DNA of 64,000 nucleotides from an uncultured Burkholderiales bacterium (GCA_903822825.1 CAIJQQ010000054.1:14456-78455), one strand, 5' to 3'. Shown: positions 29,086 to 40,371, counted from the stretch's first letter. The notes: generated by a model from the letters alone, not told the origin. Program-made: numbers and translations.

Positions 29086-31338
29086 TCAGGCGGCCTTGAC
29101 CTTCAAGCGCGAGGCGTGCAGCAGCGGCTCGGTGTAGCCACTCGGTTGTGCCTTGCCTTTGAAGACCAAGTCGCACGCGGCTTTGTAAGCCGCCGACTTG
29201 GCAAAGTTGCCCGCCATCTTTTTGTATTCGGGGTCACCGGCGTTTTGGCCATCCACCACAGCGGCCATGCGCTCCATGGTTTGCCTGACCTGCTTGTCAG
29301 TCACCACACCGTGGTGCAGCCAGTTGGCCATGTGCTGGCTGGAGATGCGCAGGGTGGCGCGGTCTTCCATCAAGCCCACACCGTTGATGTCGGGCACCTT
29401 GGAGCAACCCACACCCTGATCGACCCAACGCACCACATAACCCAGGATGCCTTGCGCGTTGTTGTCGAGTTCTTTTTGCTTGTCGTCGGCAGACCAGTCG
29501 GCCGCGGCCAAAGAAACCACGGGGAATTGCAGCAACTGGTTGAGCGTTTCGTCACGCAACACTTTGGCGTCTTGCTTGGCCACGGCTTTTTCCATCTGCT
29601 TTTGCAGTGCGGGCACGTCCACTTGGTGGTAGTGCATGGCGTGCAGCGTGGCGGCGGTGGGGCTTGGCACCCAGGCGGTGTTGGCACCGGCCAGAGGGTG
29701 ACCGATCTTGGCCTTGAGCATGTCAGCCATGAGGTCGGGCATGGCCCACATGCCTTTGCCAATCTGGGCACGGCCGCGCAGGCCGCATTGCAGACCCACA
29801 GCCACATTGTTCTTCTCGTAGGCACCGAGCCAGACGCTGTTCTTGATGTCGCCCTTGCGCATGACGGGACCCGCCAGCATGCAGGTGTGCATTTCGTCGC
29901 CGGTGCGGTCGAGGAAACCGGTGTTGATGAAGGCCACACGGCTCTTGGCGGCGGCAATGCAGGCTTTGAGGTTGGCGCTGGTGCGGCGCTCTTCGTCCAT
30001 GATGCCCAGCTTGACCGTGGAGGCCTTCAGGCCCAGCACCTTCTCCACGCGCCCAAACAACTCGTCGGCAAATGCGACTTCCTTGGGGCCGTGCATTTTC
30101 GGCTTGACGATGTAGACGCTGCCGGTGCGGCTGTTGCGCAGTGGGTGGCTCTTTTTCTTTTGCAGGTCAACCATTGCGCAAGTCACGGTGACCATCGCAT
30201 CCAAAATGCCCTCAGGGATCTCTTGGGTGCTGCCATCGGCGGCGGTCCAGGTGATGGCCGGGTTGGTCATCAGGTGGCCCACGTTGCGCACGAACATGAG
30301 CGAACGGCCATGCAGCTTGACAGTGCCCTTGCCCGAGGGTTTGGTGTACACGCGGTCACCGTTCATGGTGCGGGTGAAGGTCTTGCCACCCTTTTGCACT
30401 TCTTCACTCAGGGTGCCTTGCAAAATGCCCAACCAGTTGGCATAGGCCAGCACTTTGTCATCAGCGTCCACGGCGGCGACGGAGTCTTCCAGATCGAGGA
30501 TGGTGGACAGCGCGCTCTCGGCGATCAGGTCCGACACGCCCGCAGGATCGGTTTTGCCGATGGGCGTGGCCCTGTTGATCTGCAGGTCAAGGTGGATGCC
30601 GTTGTGCACGAACAGCACCGATGCAGGCGCCTTGACATCGCCCGTGTAACCCACGAACTGCTTGGCGTGGGCCAGTGTGCTGGTCTTGCCGTCGGCCAGG
30701 GTCACCACCAAGTGGCCAGCTTTCACGGCGTAACCTCGGCTGCCCACATGCGAGCCCTTCTTCAGGGGCGCGCAGCGGTCCAGCACGTTGCGGCAATAGT
30801 CGATGACCTTGGCGCCCCGCTTGGGGTTGTAGCCGGTGCCTTTTTCACAGCCATCGGCCTCGCTGATGGCATCGGTGCCATACAGAGCGTCGTACAAGGA
30901 ACCCCAACGGGCGTTGGCCGCGTTCAGGGCGTAGCGAGCGTTCAGGATGGGCACCACCAGCTGCGGGCCTGCCAGCTTGGCCAGCTCGTCGTCCACATGG
31001 GCCGTGGTGGCTTGGGCGTTTTTGGGCTCGGGCACCAAGTAGCCGATCTGGCTCAGGAACTTGCGGTAGTCCTTCATCCGCTTGCCCTCGGAAGACTTGG
31101 AGTCACCTTCGGTGAGGGGGCCGGGGTGGGCGGTGTGCCACTGGTCCATCGCCGTCTGGATGCGGTCACGCTCGGCCAGCAAGGCGATGTTCTTGGGCGC
31201 CAGGTCGGTCACGATGTCGCTGAAGCCTTGCCAGAATTTGGCGCTCTGAACGCCGGTGGCCGGCAGCACTTTTTGCTCAATGAAATCGTACAGCGATGTG
31301 GCCACTTGAAGCTGGTGGATCGGGGTGCGTTTTGTCAT
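29086..31338 (-). CDS. glcB: Malate synthase G
   Basis: [63 protein letters not shown]; start MTKRT. Confidence 0.96.
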   Translation of the reverse strand: MTKRTPIHQLQVATSLYDFIEQKVLPATGVQSAKFWQGFSDIVTDLAPKNIALLAERDRIQTAMDQWHTAHPGPLTEGDSKSSEGKRMKDYRKFLSQIGYLVPEPKNAQATTAHVDDELAKLAGPQLVVPILNARYALNAANARWGSLYDALYGTDAISEADGCEKGTGYNPKRGAKVIDYCRNVLDRCAPLKKGSHVGSRGYAVKAGHLVVTLADGKTSTLAHAKQFVGYTGDVKAPASVLFVHNGIHLDLQINRATPIGKTDPAGVSDLIAESALSTILDLEDSVAAVDADDKVLAYANWLGILQGTLSEEVQKGGKTFTRTMNGDRVYTKPSGKGTVKLHGRSLMFVRNVGHLMTNPAITWTAADGSTQEIPEGILDAMVTVTCAMVDLQKKKSHPLRNSRTGSVYIVKPKMHGPKEVAFADELFGRVEKVLGLKASTVKLGIMDEERRTSANLKACIAAAKSRVAFINTGFLDRTGDEMHTCMLAGPVMRKGDIKNSVWLGAYEKNNVAVGLQCGLRGRAQIGKGMWAMPDLMADMLKAKIGHPLAGANTAWVPSPTAATLHAMHYHQVDVPALQKQMEKAVAKQDAKVLRDETLNQLLQFPVVSLAAADWSADDKQKELDNNAQGILGYVVRWVDQGVGCSKVPDINGVGLMEDRATLRISSQHMANWLHHGVVTDKQVRQTMERMAAVVDGQNAGDPEYKKMAGNFAKSAAYKAACDLVFKGKAQPSGYTEPLLHASRLKVKAA

Positions 31339-31468
31339 GGGAAACCTCTGAAGAAAGAGTCGATCAACGGACAGGGTCTTCTGCCACGGCGCAGAGAACC
31401 GAAGACTGGGGAACACTGTATTCTAGATTTCCACAGAGATAAACAAGCGAAAAACACATAAACCCATG

Positions 31469-31484
31469 ACTTTTTCGTAAAAGT
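31469..31484. promoter_or_regulatory. Inverted repeat in the glcB/lyase divergent promoter
   Basis: ACTTTT-TCGT-AAAAGT in an AT-rich intergenic stretch. Confidence 0.35.
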
Positions 31485-31516
31485 GTGGGCTGTACAGGTT
31501 GTTGTTTAATCTTGTC

Positions 31517-32464
31517 ATGACACCCCTTGCCACGACAGACATCCTCATCAGCGAAGTGGGCCCACGCGACGGCCTGCAATCGGTCAAGGCCACCATGGCC
31601 ACGGCCGACAAGTGCCTTTGGATCGACAGCCTGGTGGCCTCAGGCCTGCGCGAAATCGAAGTCGCCTCTTTCGTTCCGGCCCACCTGCTGCCCCAGATGG
31701 CCGACGCCGCCGACGTGGTGCGCCATGCCCTGAAGCACACCGGCATGACCGTGATGGCCTTGGTGCCCAACCTGCGCGGCGCCGAAGCTGCGTTGCGCGC
31801 CGGTGCACAAAAACTCACCATGCCCGTCTCCGCCAGCGCCGCCCATTCGATGGCCAATGTGCGCAAGACGCCTGAGGCGATGGTCGAAGAAGTGCGCGCC
31901 GTGATCGCCCTGCGCGACGCCATCGCACCGGGTGTGCGCGTCGAAGCGGGCGTGTCCACCGCCTTTGGCTGCACCCTGCAAGGCCCCGTGCCCGAAGACG
32001 ATGTGGTGCGCTTGGCCGAGTTGCTGGCCAAGGCGGGTGCCGACGAAATCGGCCTGTCGGACACCACCGGCATGGGCAACCCGGCGCAAACAAGCCGCCT
32101 TTTCAAGCGCCTGTTCAGCACCATCGGCCACCGCACAGGTGCAGCCCACATGCACAACACGCGGGGCCTTGGCCTGGCCAATTGCCTGGCGGCCTACGAG
32201 GCGGGCGTGCGCACCTTCGACAGCTCGCTCGGCGGTTTGGGCGGCTGCCCCTTTGCCCCCGGCGCTTCGGGCAATGTGGTCACCGAAGACCTGGTCTTCA
32301 TGTTCGAAGCCATGGGCGTGCGCACGGGCATTGACCTGAACCGGTTGATGGCCGCCCGCGCCCCACTGCAAGCGGGTCTGCCGGGCGAGCCCCTGTACGG
32401 CATGACACCCGAAGCGGGTTTGCCCAAGGGATGGACTGCGCCTGCACTTGTTTCACATGGATGA
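31517..32464 (+). CDS. HMG-CoA lyase-like DRE-TIM metallolyase
   Basis: EVGPRDGLQ, DTTG, HMHNTRG, GGCPFAPGASGNV. Confidence 0.88.
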   Translation: MTPLATTDILISEVGPRDGLQSVKATMATADKCLWIDSLVASGLREIEVASFVPAHLLPQMADAADVVRHALKHTGMTVMALVPNLRGAEAALRAGAQKLTMPVSASAAHSMANVRKTPEAMVEEVRAVIALRDAIAPGVRVEAGVSTAFGCTLQGPVPEDDVVRLAELLAKAGADEIGLSDTTGMGNPAQTSRLFKRLFSTIGHRTGAAHMHNTRGLGLANCLAAYEAGVRTFDSSLGGLGGCPFAPGASGNVVTEDLVFMFEAMGVRTGIDLNRLMAARAPLQAGLPGEPLYGMTPEAGLPKGWTAPALVSHG

Positions 32465-32575
32465 ATCCGGCTCGGCTTCGATGCAGGGTTTTGCCAACCC
32501 ACACCTTCAACCGAACAAGGTTGAATTCCAGGATAAAGCGTTCGATTCGATCCCTGACCGCGCATAATTGGCGCC

Positions 32576-33514
32576 ATGGACAAACTCAAAGCGTTTGAAA
32601 CCTTTGTCGCGGTGGCCACCAAAGGCAGCCTGACGGCCGCTGCGCGGGCCGAGGGCGTGGCGCCGGCCATCATTGGGCGCCGGCTCGATGCGCTGGAAGA
32701 GCACCTGGGCGTGAAACTGCTGATGCGCACCACGCGCCGCATCACACTCACCCACGAAGGCAGCGCATTCCTCGAAGACTGCCAGCGCTTGCTCTGCGAC
32801 GTGTCCAATGCGGAGGCCAGCGTCTCTGCAGGCGGCGTCAAGGCCAGTGGCCATTTGCGGATAACGGCGCCCGCCGGTTTCGGACGCCGCCATGTGGCGC
32901 CTCTGGTGCCCCCCTTTCGCGAACTGCACCCCGATGTGACGATCTCGCTGAACCTGAGCGACCGGGTGGTGGACCTGGCCGCCGAAGGCTTTGACTGCGC
33001 GGTGCGCGTGGGCGACATGCCCGATTCCACCTTGGTGAGCGTGCGCATGGCAGACAACCGCCGCCTGTGCGTGGCCACGCCGGCTTATTTGGCCCGCCGT
33101 GGCACGCCGCAGCTCCCGTCTGAGTTGCTGCAACACACCTGTTTGGCTTTATCGAGTGACGCGTCCCAAACCCGGGGTTGGGCCTTTCAGGTGCCCGGCG
33201 AACAAGGCCATGAAGTCACTTACATGCGCCCTGGCGGGCCGCTGGACTGCTCGGACGGGCAGGTGCTGCACGACTGGTGCCTGGCGGGCTATGGCATCGC
33301 CTGGCGCAGCACATGGGAGGTTGAAGCCGAAATCCGCGCTGGACAATTGGTGGCCGTGCTCGAAGACTTTGCCGCACCCCCCAACGGCATTCATGTCGTC
33401 TTTCCCCAGCGCAAGCACTTGCCATTGCGGGTGCGCCTGTGGATCGATTTTCTGAAGACGAACTACGCCTCGCCAGCGTTCTGGCAGTCTGCAACCCCTT
33501 TCGATGTGTCATGA
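32576..33514 (+). CDS. LysR family regulator (CrgA-like)
   Basis: N-terminal HTH, LEEHLGVKLLMRTTR, EGFDCAVR. Confidence 0.93.
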   Translation: MDKLKAFETFVAVATKGSLTAAARAEGVAPAIIGRRLDALEEHLGVKLLMRTTRRITLTHEGSAFLEDCQRLLCDVSNAEASVSAGGVKASGHLRITAPAGFGRRHVAPLVPPFRELHPDVTISLNLSDRVVDLAAEGFDCAVRVGDMPDSTLVSVRMADNRRLCVATPAYLARRGTPQLPSELLQHTCLALSSDASQTRGWAFQVPGEQGHEVTYMRPGGPLDCSDGQVLHDWCLAGYGIAWRSTWEVEAEIRAGQLVAVLEDFAAPPNGIHVVFPQRKHLPLRVRLWIDFLKTNYASPAFWQSATPFDVS

Positions 33515-34338
33515 ACCCCTCTGTGGTCCTTTGCGCCGACGACTTCGGCATGAACACCGGCGTGTCGCAAGGCATTGCCGAGTTGGCACAGATGGGGCGC
33601 CTGAACGCGACCAGCGCCATGACCTTGGCGCCCGGCTGGCCTGCCGACGCCGCTTTGCTCAAGCCCCTGCGCCAGTGCATCGACGTGGGCCTGCACCTGG
33701 ACTGGACCAGCCCCTTTGCCCTCGGCGCCGGACACGGCCACACGCTGCCGCGCTTGATGTGGCTGGCCCTGTGCAAACAGCTGAACCCCGCCACAGTGCG
33801 CGTGTGCATTGAACGCCAGCTGGACCTTTTTGAAGCGCATTGGAACGCGCCACCCGACCATGTCGACGGCCACCAACACGTCCAGCAGTTCCCGGTCATC
33901 CGTGAGTCCCTGGTCGAGGTGCTGGCCAAACGCTACCCGGCGGGCCAACGGCCTTGGCTGCGCATTTCTCGCCCGCTGGCCAGCACGGTCGACCTCAAAA
34001 CTTGGGTGATCGGCGCCATGGGCGCCAGGGCCTTGCAAACCTTGGCACTAGAAGCGGGCATCCCCTGCTCGCAGTGGCTCACCGGCATCTATGGTTTTGA
34101 TGGGGACGCCCCCCGGTATGCCCAGCGCTTGGACAATTGGCTGCAAGAAGCCAAGGGCCAATCGGGTGTGGTGCTGATGTGCCACCCGAGCCTGCCCGAA
34201 TTTCAAGACAAATGCGCAGACGACAGCATCGCAGCGGCACGCGCGCAAGAATTCCAAATATTGCAAAGCGATCTGCTGCCCAAACTGTTGCAAAGCCATG
34301 GCCTGCAAAGCGGGCGCGGCAGCCAGGCCTTGCAGTAG
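33511..34338 (+). CDS. ChbG/YdjC (HpnK/NaxD/LgmC-like) deacetylase
   Basis: CADDFG, GLHLD, HVDGHQHV, LMCHP. Confidence 0.88.
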   Translation: MNPSVVLCADDFGMNTGVSQGIAELAQMGRLNATSAMTLAPGWPADAALLKPLRQCIDVGLHLDWTSPFALGAGHGHTLPRLMWLALCKQLNPATVRVCIERQLDLFEAHWNAPPDHVDGHQHVQQFPVIRESLVEVLAKRYPAGQRPWLRISRPLASTVDLKTWVIGAMGARALQTLALEAGIPCSQWLTGIYGFDGDAPRYAQRLDNWLQEAKGQSGVVLMCHPSLPEFQDKCADDSIAAARAQEFQILQSDLLPKLLQSHGLQSGRGSQALQ

Positions 34339-34366
34339 GCCGGTCACACACACCGACAATCCCCTC

Positions 34367-35941
34367 ATGAGCGAATCAAGAAAATCCTGGCTGAGCCTTG
34401 TGGGCTTGTGGATGCTGCTGCTGGTGCTGGCCGCGTTGCGTCCCTTGGCGCTGCCCGACGAAGGCCGCTACGGCGATGTGGGCCGCTGGATGATGGTCTC
34501 CGGTGACTGGCTGGCGCCGCGCCTGGACGGCATCCCGTTTTTCCACAAACCGCCTTTGCTGCACTGGCTGCAGGCCATCACCCTGAGCGTGGCGGGCGTG
34601 CACGCCTGGAGCTCGCGCCTGGTGCCTGCGCTGCATGCGGGGCTCATGGTGCTGTCGCTGTACTTGGCAGCCAGGCACATCGCAGGCGAGCGCACCGCAA
34701 GGCGCGCGGTGTGGATGCTGGGCACCAGCTTGGCCTTTTTGATTGGCGGGCAGTACATCAACCACGACATGCTGGTGGGCACCTGGATCGGCATCGCAGT
34801 TTGGTGTTTTGCCGGGGCGATCATGGCCAGAGACAAGCCTGCCAAAGGCTTGGCCTTGGCCGGTTTTGCTGCTTGCGCCTTGGGCGTGCTCAGCAAGGGC
34901 CTGATCGGCTTGGTGCTGCCCGGTCTGGTGATGTTTGTCTGGTTGAGCCTGACGCGTCAATGGGGCAAGGCTTGGCGCATGCCCTGGCTCAGCGGCCTGC
35001 TGCTGTTTTCGACCATCGCTCTGCCCTGGTTTGTGCTGGGGCAACAAAAGTACCCGGGGCTGTTTGACTACCTGATCATCGGGCAGCACTTTGGCCGCTA
35101 CACCGGCAGCACCTTCAACAACCAGTGGCCCCTGTGGTTCTTCCCGGTGGTGTTGCTGGCCTTGCTCTTGCCTTGGGCCTTTTTGGTGCTGTGGCAAGGC
35201 CTTGCAAGCGGGGTGCGTCACAAACTGGCGCTGCTCAAACCGGCCTCACCCTGGCAAGCTTTGCTGTGGGTGTGGCTGATCTCGATCACCGTGTTTTTCA
35301 GCCTGCCCCGGTCCAAACTGGTGGGCTACATCCTGCCCGTGATCCCGCCGCTGACCTTGCTGGCGGCGCAGTTTTGGGAGGAACGCTTCGCACACAAACC
35401 CAAAGCGCCTTGGGCGTTTGGCCTGCTGTGCGGACTCAATTTGGCGCTGGGCATCGGCTTGAACCACCTGGCTGGCGAGCACAGCCTCCAGCGCAGCAGC
35501 CGCGATGTGGCGCACGCTTTGGCTTGCCGCATGGACCCCCACGACACCGTGGTCGTGGCGGGCGGCTACCCTTACGACCTGCCGTTTGAAGCGAACTTGA
35601 AACAGCCGGTGGTGGTGGTCAGCGACTGGCCAGAGGCGCGAAAATCTGCGGGCGACAACTGGCAGCGCGAGATGTTCGAGGGCGCCGACTTTGACCCGCA
35701 AGCAGCGCAGGTGCTGCAAGGGCCTGAGGTTTTGACGCAGGAACCACCGGCCAACCATTGGTTGGTCACCTCGCGTGACGTGTCAACGCTGGGCGACCTC
35801 AGCCTTTGGCAAAAAGTGTTTGAAGGCCGGGCCTGGACCCTTTGGCAATCGGCCGTCTCAGCGGGCAAAAGCCCAAAAGCGGCTGAACACAAAGGTCTGT
35901 CCTGCAGCGACCACCATCGCCAGGAACAGCGACAGCAGTGA
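34367..35941 (+). CDS. ArnT-like glycosyltransferase (lipid A aminosugar transferase)
   Basis: PDEGRY, FFHKPPL, SKGLIG, LPWF, SKLVGYILP; polytopic membrane protein. Confidence 0.87.
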   Translation: MSESRKSWLSLVGLWMLLLVLAALRPLALPDEGRYGDVGRWMMVSGDWLAPRLDGIPFFHKPPLLHWLQAITLSVAGVHAWSSRLVPALHAGLMVLSLYLAARHIAGERTARRAVWMLGTSLAFLIGGQYINHDMLVGTWIGIAVWCFAGAIMARDKPAKGLALAGFAACALGVLSKGLIGLVLPGLVMFVWLSLTRQWGKAWRMPWLSGLLLFSTIALPWFVLGQQKYPGLFDYLIIGQHFGRYTGSTFNNQWPLWFFPVVLLALLLPWAFLVLWQGLASGVRHKLALLKPASPWQALLWVWLISITVFFSLPRSKLVGYILPVIPPLTLLAAQFWEERFAHKPKAPWAFGLLCGLNLALGIGLNHLAGEHSLQRSSRDVAHALACRMDPHDTVVVAGGYPYDLPFEANLKQPVVVVSDWPEARKSAGDNWQREMFEGADFDPQAAQVLQGPEVLTQEPPANHWLVTSRDVSTLGDLSLWQKVFEGRAWTLWQSAVSAGKSPKAAEHKGLSCSDHHRQEQRQQ

Positions 35942-36238
35942 AGGCCAGCCCAACAAGCGAAACAACAACATGAAGCTCAGCTCGTTGCAGGCAAAGCCTG
36001 CCAGGGCAGTGAGCGCAAAGCGGCGAAAGCTCTGCCCGACCGACGTGCTTGAGCCCGCGAAACTGAGCCAGCGGTGGCCTGCAAAGCTCACGCCAAACGC
36101 CACCCCGAAGCCCGCCGCATTGGCCAGCTCGGGCCACCAATCCTCACGCAGCAGCGCAAACACCCCCATGTGGGTCAACGCTGCGGCCACACCAACCGCG
36201 CCAAACCACAGGCCCGAACGCAAGGCATCTGGATTCAC
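35858..36238 (-). CDS. GtrA family flippase
   Basis: 126 aa, four hydrophobic segments, FGAVG, AN, RWLSF, RFWAF. Confidence 0.82.
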   Translation of the reverse strand: MNPDALRSGLWFGAVGVAAALTHMGVFALLREDWWPELANAAGFGVAFGVSFAGHRWLSFAGSSTSVGQSFRRFALTALAGFACNELSFMLLFRLLGWPSLLSLFLAMVVAAGQTFVFSRFWAFAR

Positions 36239-37218
36239 TGCGCGTCTCGCTGATCAGGGCGCAAACCTGTGCCACGGCGCTCCTTGAGCAAATAGGTGGG
36301 GCGGCGTTTGACCTCGTCGTAAATGCGCCCGACATACTCGGCCATGATGCCCAAGGACAGCAACTGGATGCCGCTGAAAAACATCACGCTGACCACGATG
36401 GTGGCGTAACCCGGCACCCGAATGCCCCAAAAAAAATACTCGCCCACCACCCAGGCGCCATAGCCCATGGCCGTGAGCGCGAGGATCAAACCCATGATGG
36501 TCAACAAACGCAAGGGCACCGTAGAAAAAGCCAGCATGCCCGTGAGTGCCAGAGAAAACGCCCCTTTCAGACCGAAACTGCTTTGGCCGTCCTGGCGGGG
36601 CAAGGGTTCGTAATCGATCGCCACGCTCGGAAAACCGACCCAGGCGTACAAACCCTTCATGAACCGGTTGCGCTCGGGCAGCGCGTTGAGCGCCTGCACC
36701 ACGCGGCGGTCCATCAGGCGAAAGTCGCCCGCGTGTGCCGGAATCTGGACCCGGTTGCCCCAGTTGATCAGGCGGTAAAACCAGCCCGTCAGCCAACCGT
36801 GCAGGGCCGACTGGTCGTCCCGGCTGCTGCGCACGGCATAGACCACGTCCAGCCCTTCGCGCCACTTTTGCAGCATCGGCGGCACCAGATCGGCCGGGTG
36901 CTGGCCATCGGCGTCCATCAGCACCACGACATCGCCTTGTGCGGCTTCAAGCCCAGCGGTCAAAGCCGCTTCCTTGCCAAAATTGCGGGACAAATCGAGG
37001 AACACCACCTCGGGCCACTGGGCACACAAGTCCCGCGCGACCTGCGCCGTGTTGTCGCGGCTGCCGTCGTTGATGAGGATGAGTTCGACCCGGTCGGCCA
37101 GCGTCCGAAGGACCTGCAGCACAGCAGGCACCACCTGGGGCAAATTGCGGGCCTCGTTGTAGGCGGGCATGACGCACGACAGCGTCAGGGTGTCTTTGGT
37201 GCGGGCCAAACGGGACAT
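36235..37218 (-). CDS. GT2 undecaprenyl-phosphate glycosyltransferase (GtrB/ArnC-like)
   Basis: PAYNE, NDGSRD, SRNFGKE, MDADGQHP, GDFRLMD, EYVGRIY; two C-terminal TM segments. Confidence 0.92.
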   Translation of the reverse strand: MSRLARTKDTLTLSCVMPAYNEARNLPQVVPAVLQVLRTLADRVELILINDGSRDNTAQVARDLCAQWPEVVFLDLSRNFGKEAALTAGLEAAQGDVVVLMDADGQHPADLVPPMLQKWREGLDVVYAVRSSRDDQSALHGWLTGWFYRLINWGNRVQIPAHAGDFRLMDRRVVQALNALPERNRFMKGLYAWVGFPSVAIDYEPLPRQDGQSSFGLKGAFSLALTGMLAFSTVPLRLLTIMGLILALTAMGYGAWVVGEYFFWGIRVPGYATIVVSVMFFSGIQLLSLGIMAEYVGRIYDEVKRRPTYLLKERRGTGLRPDQRDAQ

Positions 37219-37361
37219 GCCGCGATCTCCGGAAAATGAGGGGAATCAGGGCCCATACCTTGGGGGAGACTTGGGCCTGCTTTCAGGTTGCAAGCATAAC
37301 CGCAGGCTGAGCTCAATCCGTCTGAAGTCGGGCCTGCGCTGCCGCCCCGTAAAATCAGCAA

Positions 37362-39059
37362 ATGCTTTCTGCCAAACAAGACCTGCTCGCCGCCCTGGCC
37401 GCTGAGCTCGACAAACTCCAAGCCGGTGCCGGTGCGCGTGCGGCATTCGAATCCCCCAAGGTGGCCGCCCACGGCGACCTGGCCTGCACGGCGGCCATGC
37501 AACTGGCCAAGGCCCTCAAGCAAAACCCCCGCCAACTGGGCCAAGCCCTGCGCGAAGCGCTGCTGACCACGCCCGCTTTCCAGCGCTGGGTGGACGCCAT
37601 TGAACTGGCGGGTCCGGGCTTCATCAACATCCGCCTCAAAGATGCAGCCAAACAGGCCGTGGTGCACGAAGTGCTGCAAGCCGGTGCCGGCTTTGGCAGC
37701 CAAGCCGCGCAGGCCCACAAAGTGCTGGTCGAATTCGTCTCAGCCAACCCGACGGGCCCGCTGCATGTGGGCCATGGGCGCCAAGCGGCTCTGGGCGACG
37801 CCATCTGCAATCTGCTGGCCACGCAAGGCCAGCAGGTCTACCGCGAGTTCTATTACAACGATGCGGGTGTGCAGATTGGCACGCTGGCCAAAAGCACACA
37901 GATGCGCGCCCGTGGCGTCAAGCCCGGCGACGATGGCTGGCCGATCGACCCCGATAACCCCGAGAGCAAAGCGTTCTACAACGGCGACTACATCCAGGAC
38001 ATTGCCAACGACTTTTTGGCCCAAAAGACGGTCAAGTCGGACGACCGCGAATTCACCGCCAGCGGCGATATGCTCGATCTGAACGGCATGCGCGAGTTCG
38101 CCGTGGCCTATTTGCGCCGTGAACAAGACTTGGACTTGAAGGCCTTTGACGTTCGCTTTGACAACTACTACCTGGAGTCGAGCCTGTACACCAGCGGCAA
38201 GGTCGACGCGGCCGTGCAAAAGCTCAAGGACGCAGGCAAGACCTATGAGCAAGACGGCGCGCTGTGGCTGAAATCGACCGACTACGGCGACGACAAAGAC
38301 CGCGTCATGCGCAAAGGTGACGGAACTTACACCTACTTCGTGCCCGATGTGGCGTACCACATCACCAAATGGGAACGCGGCTTTTCGCGCGTCGTGAACA
38401 TCCAAGGCACCGACCACCACGGCACGATTGCCCGCGTGCGCGCTGGCCTGCAAGCCGCCAACGTTGGCATCCCGGAGGGCTACCCCGACTACGTGCTGCA
38501 CACCATGGTGCGCGTGATGCGCGGCGGCGAAGAGGTCAAGATCTCCAAGCGTGCCGGCAGCTACGTGACGTTGCGCGACTTGATCGAATGGACTAGCAAA
38601 GACGCGGTGCGCTTCTTCTTGCTCTCGCGCAAGCCCGACACCGAATACATCTTCGACATCGACCTGGCGCTGGCTCAGAACAACGACAACCCGGTGTATT
38701 ACGTTCAGTACGCCCACGCACGCATCTGCTCTGTGCTGACCGCATGGGGGGGCGACAAGGCTTCGCTGCGCGCGGCTGACTTGAGCGCGCTGCAAAGCCC
38801 GCAAGCACAGGCCCTGATGCTGGCCCTGGCCAAGTACCCCGAGATGCTGACCTCAGCGGCCAACGACTTCGCCCCGCACGACGTGACTTTTTACCTGCGC
38901 GACCTGGCCTCGCTGTACCACAGCTACTACGACGCCGAGCGCATTCTGGTGGACGACGAGGCGGTCAAACTGGCCCGTTTGGCGCTGGTCGCCGCCACCG
39001 CCCAGGTGCTGCACAATGGTCTGAAAGTGTTGGGCGTTTCATCACCCATCAAAATGTGA
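37362..39059 (+). CDS. argS: Arginyl-tRNA synthetase
   Basis: [34 protein letters not shown]. Confidence 0.97.
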   Translation: MLSAKQDLLAALAAELDKLQAGAGARAAFESPKVAAHGDLACTAAMQLAKALKQNPRQLGQALREALLTTPAFQRWVDAIELAGPGFINIRLKDAAKQAVVHEVLQAGAGFGSQAAQAHKVLVEFVSANPTGPLHVGHGRQAALGDAICNLLATQGQQVYREFYYNDAGVQIGTLAKSTQMRARGVKPGDDGWPIDPDNPESKAFYNGDYIQDIANDFLAQKTVKSDDREFTASGDMLDLNGMREFAVAYLRREQDLDLKAFDVRFDNYYLESSLYTSGKVDAAVQKLKDAGKTYEQDGALWLKSTDYGDDKDRVMRKGDGTYTYFVPDVAYHITKWERGFSRVVNIQGTDHHGTIARVRAGLQAANVGIPEGYPDYVLHTMVRVMRGGEEVKISKRAGSYVTLRDLIEWTSKDAVRFFLLSRKPDTEYIFDIDLALAQNNDNPVYYVQYAHARICSVLTAWGGDKASLRAADLSALQSPQAQALMLALAKYPEMLTSAANDFAPHDVTFYLRDLASLYHSYYDAERILVDDEAVKLARLALVAATAQVLHNGLKVLGVSSPIKM

Positions 39060-39061
39060 GC

Positions 39062-39688
39062 ATGCACATGACAAATACTCAACGTGGCGGCACCCTTCTG
39101 GGCTTCATCATCGGTTTGGTGATTGGCTTGGGCGTGGCACTGGGCGTGGCCATTTACGTGACCAAGGTCCCAACGCCCTTCTCGAACAAGAACCAAACCC
39201 GCTCGAACGACCAAGACGAAGCCGAGAACCAGAAAAACAAGGAATGGAACCCCAATGGCGTGTTGCAACCCAAGCCGCCAGCCTCGGCACCTGCTGCTCC
39301 GGACGGTGCAGCCGATGGCCGCAGCAGTGACAAGCCCCTGGGTGAGCCCTTAAAAGGCGAAGTCAAACCCGCTGTGACAGCCGACCCCTCGGCCGAAGCC
39401 AAGAACAAGCCTGGCTTGTCCACCCCTGCAGGCACATCTGCGGCTGCCGACCCCTTCCAGTATTTTGTGCAGGCGGGCGCCTTCCGTTTTGCCACCGATG
39501 CCGACACCCAAAAAGCCAAGTTGGCCATGCTGGGTCTGGACGCCAAGGTGTCTGAGCGTGAGCAAGGCGGCCGCAGTGTGTTCAGGGTGCGCCTGGGTCC
39601 ATTTGAGGACAAGGCCGCAGCCGAACGCATCCGCAGCAAGCTCGAAGCGAACAGCATGGAAAACACCGTCGTGCGCGTACAGCGCTGA
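39062..39688 (+). CDS. SPOR domain cell division protein (FtsN-like)
   Basis: N-terminal TM, Pro/Ala linker, VQAGAF...RVRLGPF; argS-SPOR-dsbA order. Confidence 0.85.
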   Translation: MHMTNTQRGGTLLGFIIGLVIGLGVALGVAIYVTKVPTPFSNKNQTRSNDQDEAENQKNKEWNPNGVLQPKPPASAPAAPDGAADGRSSDKPLGEPLKGEVKPAVTADPSAEAKNKPGLSTPAGTSAAADPFQYFVQAGAFRFATDADTQKAKLAMLGLDAKVSEREQGGRSVFRVRLGPFEDKAAAERIRSKLEANSMENTVVRVQR

Positions 39689-39712
39689 AGACGACACATT
39701 TTTGGAGATGTC

Positions 39713-40354
39713 ATGAAACGCCGATTTTTCTCTTTTGCCTTGCTGGCCACCACCGCTTGGCTCAGCGCCCTGCCCGCCAAAGCCCAATGGGCTTTCAAGG
39801 CCGGCAAGGACTACGCGGTGCTCGAGCGCCCCGTGCCCTCCGATGCAGGCCCCGGCAAGGTCGAGTTGCTGGAGTTCTTCTGGTACAGCTGCCCCCACTG
39901 CAATAAATTCGAGCCCACCTTTGCCCAGTGGGTCAAAGATGCCCCCAAAGACGTGACGGTGCGCCGCGTGCCGATCGCCTTTCGCGATGACTTTGCGCCG
40001 CAGCAGCGCCTCTTTTACACGCTCGAAGCCATGGACCTCTTGGGCAGCTTGCACGCCAAGGTCTTCCATGCTGTGCACGAGGAGCGCCTGCCCCTGAACA
40101 CCGAGGTCACCATCTTGGCCTGGATCGAAAAGCAAGGCGTGGACAAAACCAAATTCAGCGACATCTTCAAATCGTTTGCCGTGACCAGCAAGATCAAAAA
40201 AGCCGTTCAACTGCAAAACGAGTTCCGGATCGAAGGCGTGCCATCCTTGGGCATTGCCGGGCGTTTTTACACCGATGGCGGCCTGGCCGGCAGCATGGAA
40301 CGCGCCCTGAAAGTGGCCGAGTCCTTGATCGCACAAACGCGCACAGGCAAATAA
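39713..40354 (+). CDS. dsbA: Thiol:disulfide oxidoreductase DsbA
   Basis: EFFWYSCPHC and GVP cis-Pro loop; signal peptide. Confidence 0.92.
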   Translation: MKRRFFSFALLATTAWLSALPAKAQWAFKAGKDYAVLERPVPSDAGPGKVELLEFFWYSCPHCNKFEPTFAQWVKDAPKDVTVRRVPIAFRDDFAPQQRLFYTLEAMDLLGSLHAKVFHAVHEERLPLNTEVTILAWIEKQGVDKTKFSDIFKSFAVTSKIKKAVQLQNEFRIEGVPSLGIAGRFYTDGGLAGSMERALKVAESLIAQTRTGK

Positions 40355-40371
40355 GCCGCCGCGTGCAAAGC

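Noticed and set aside
29083-31461. 792-aa plus-strand ORF, and similar long ORFs such as 2272-4233, 5433-7268, 15537-16895
   Set aside because: They are antisense shadows of well-supported genes in GC-rich DNA and show no recognisable motifs.
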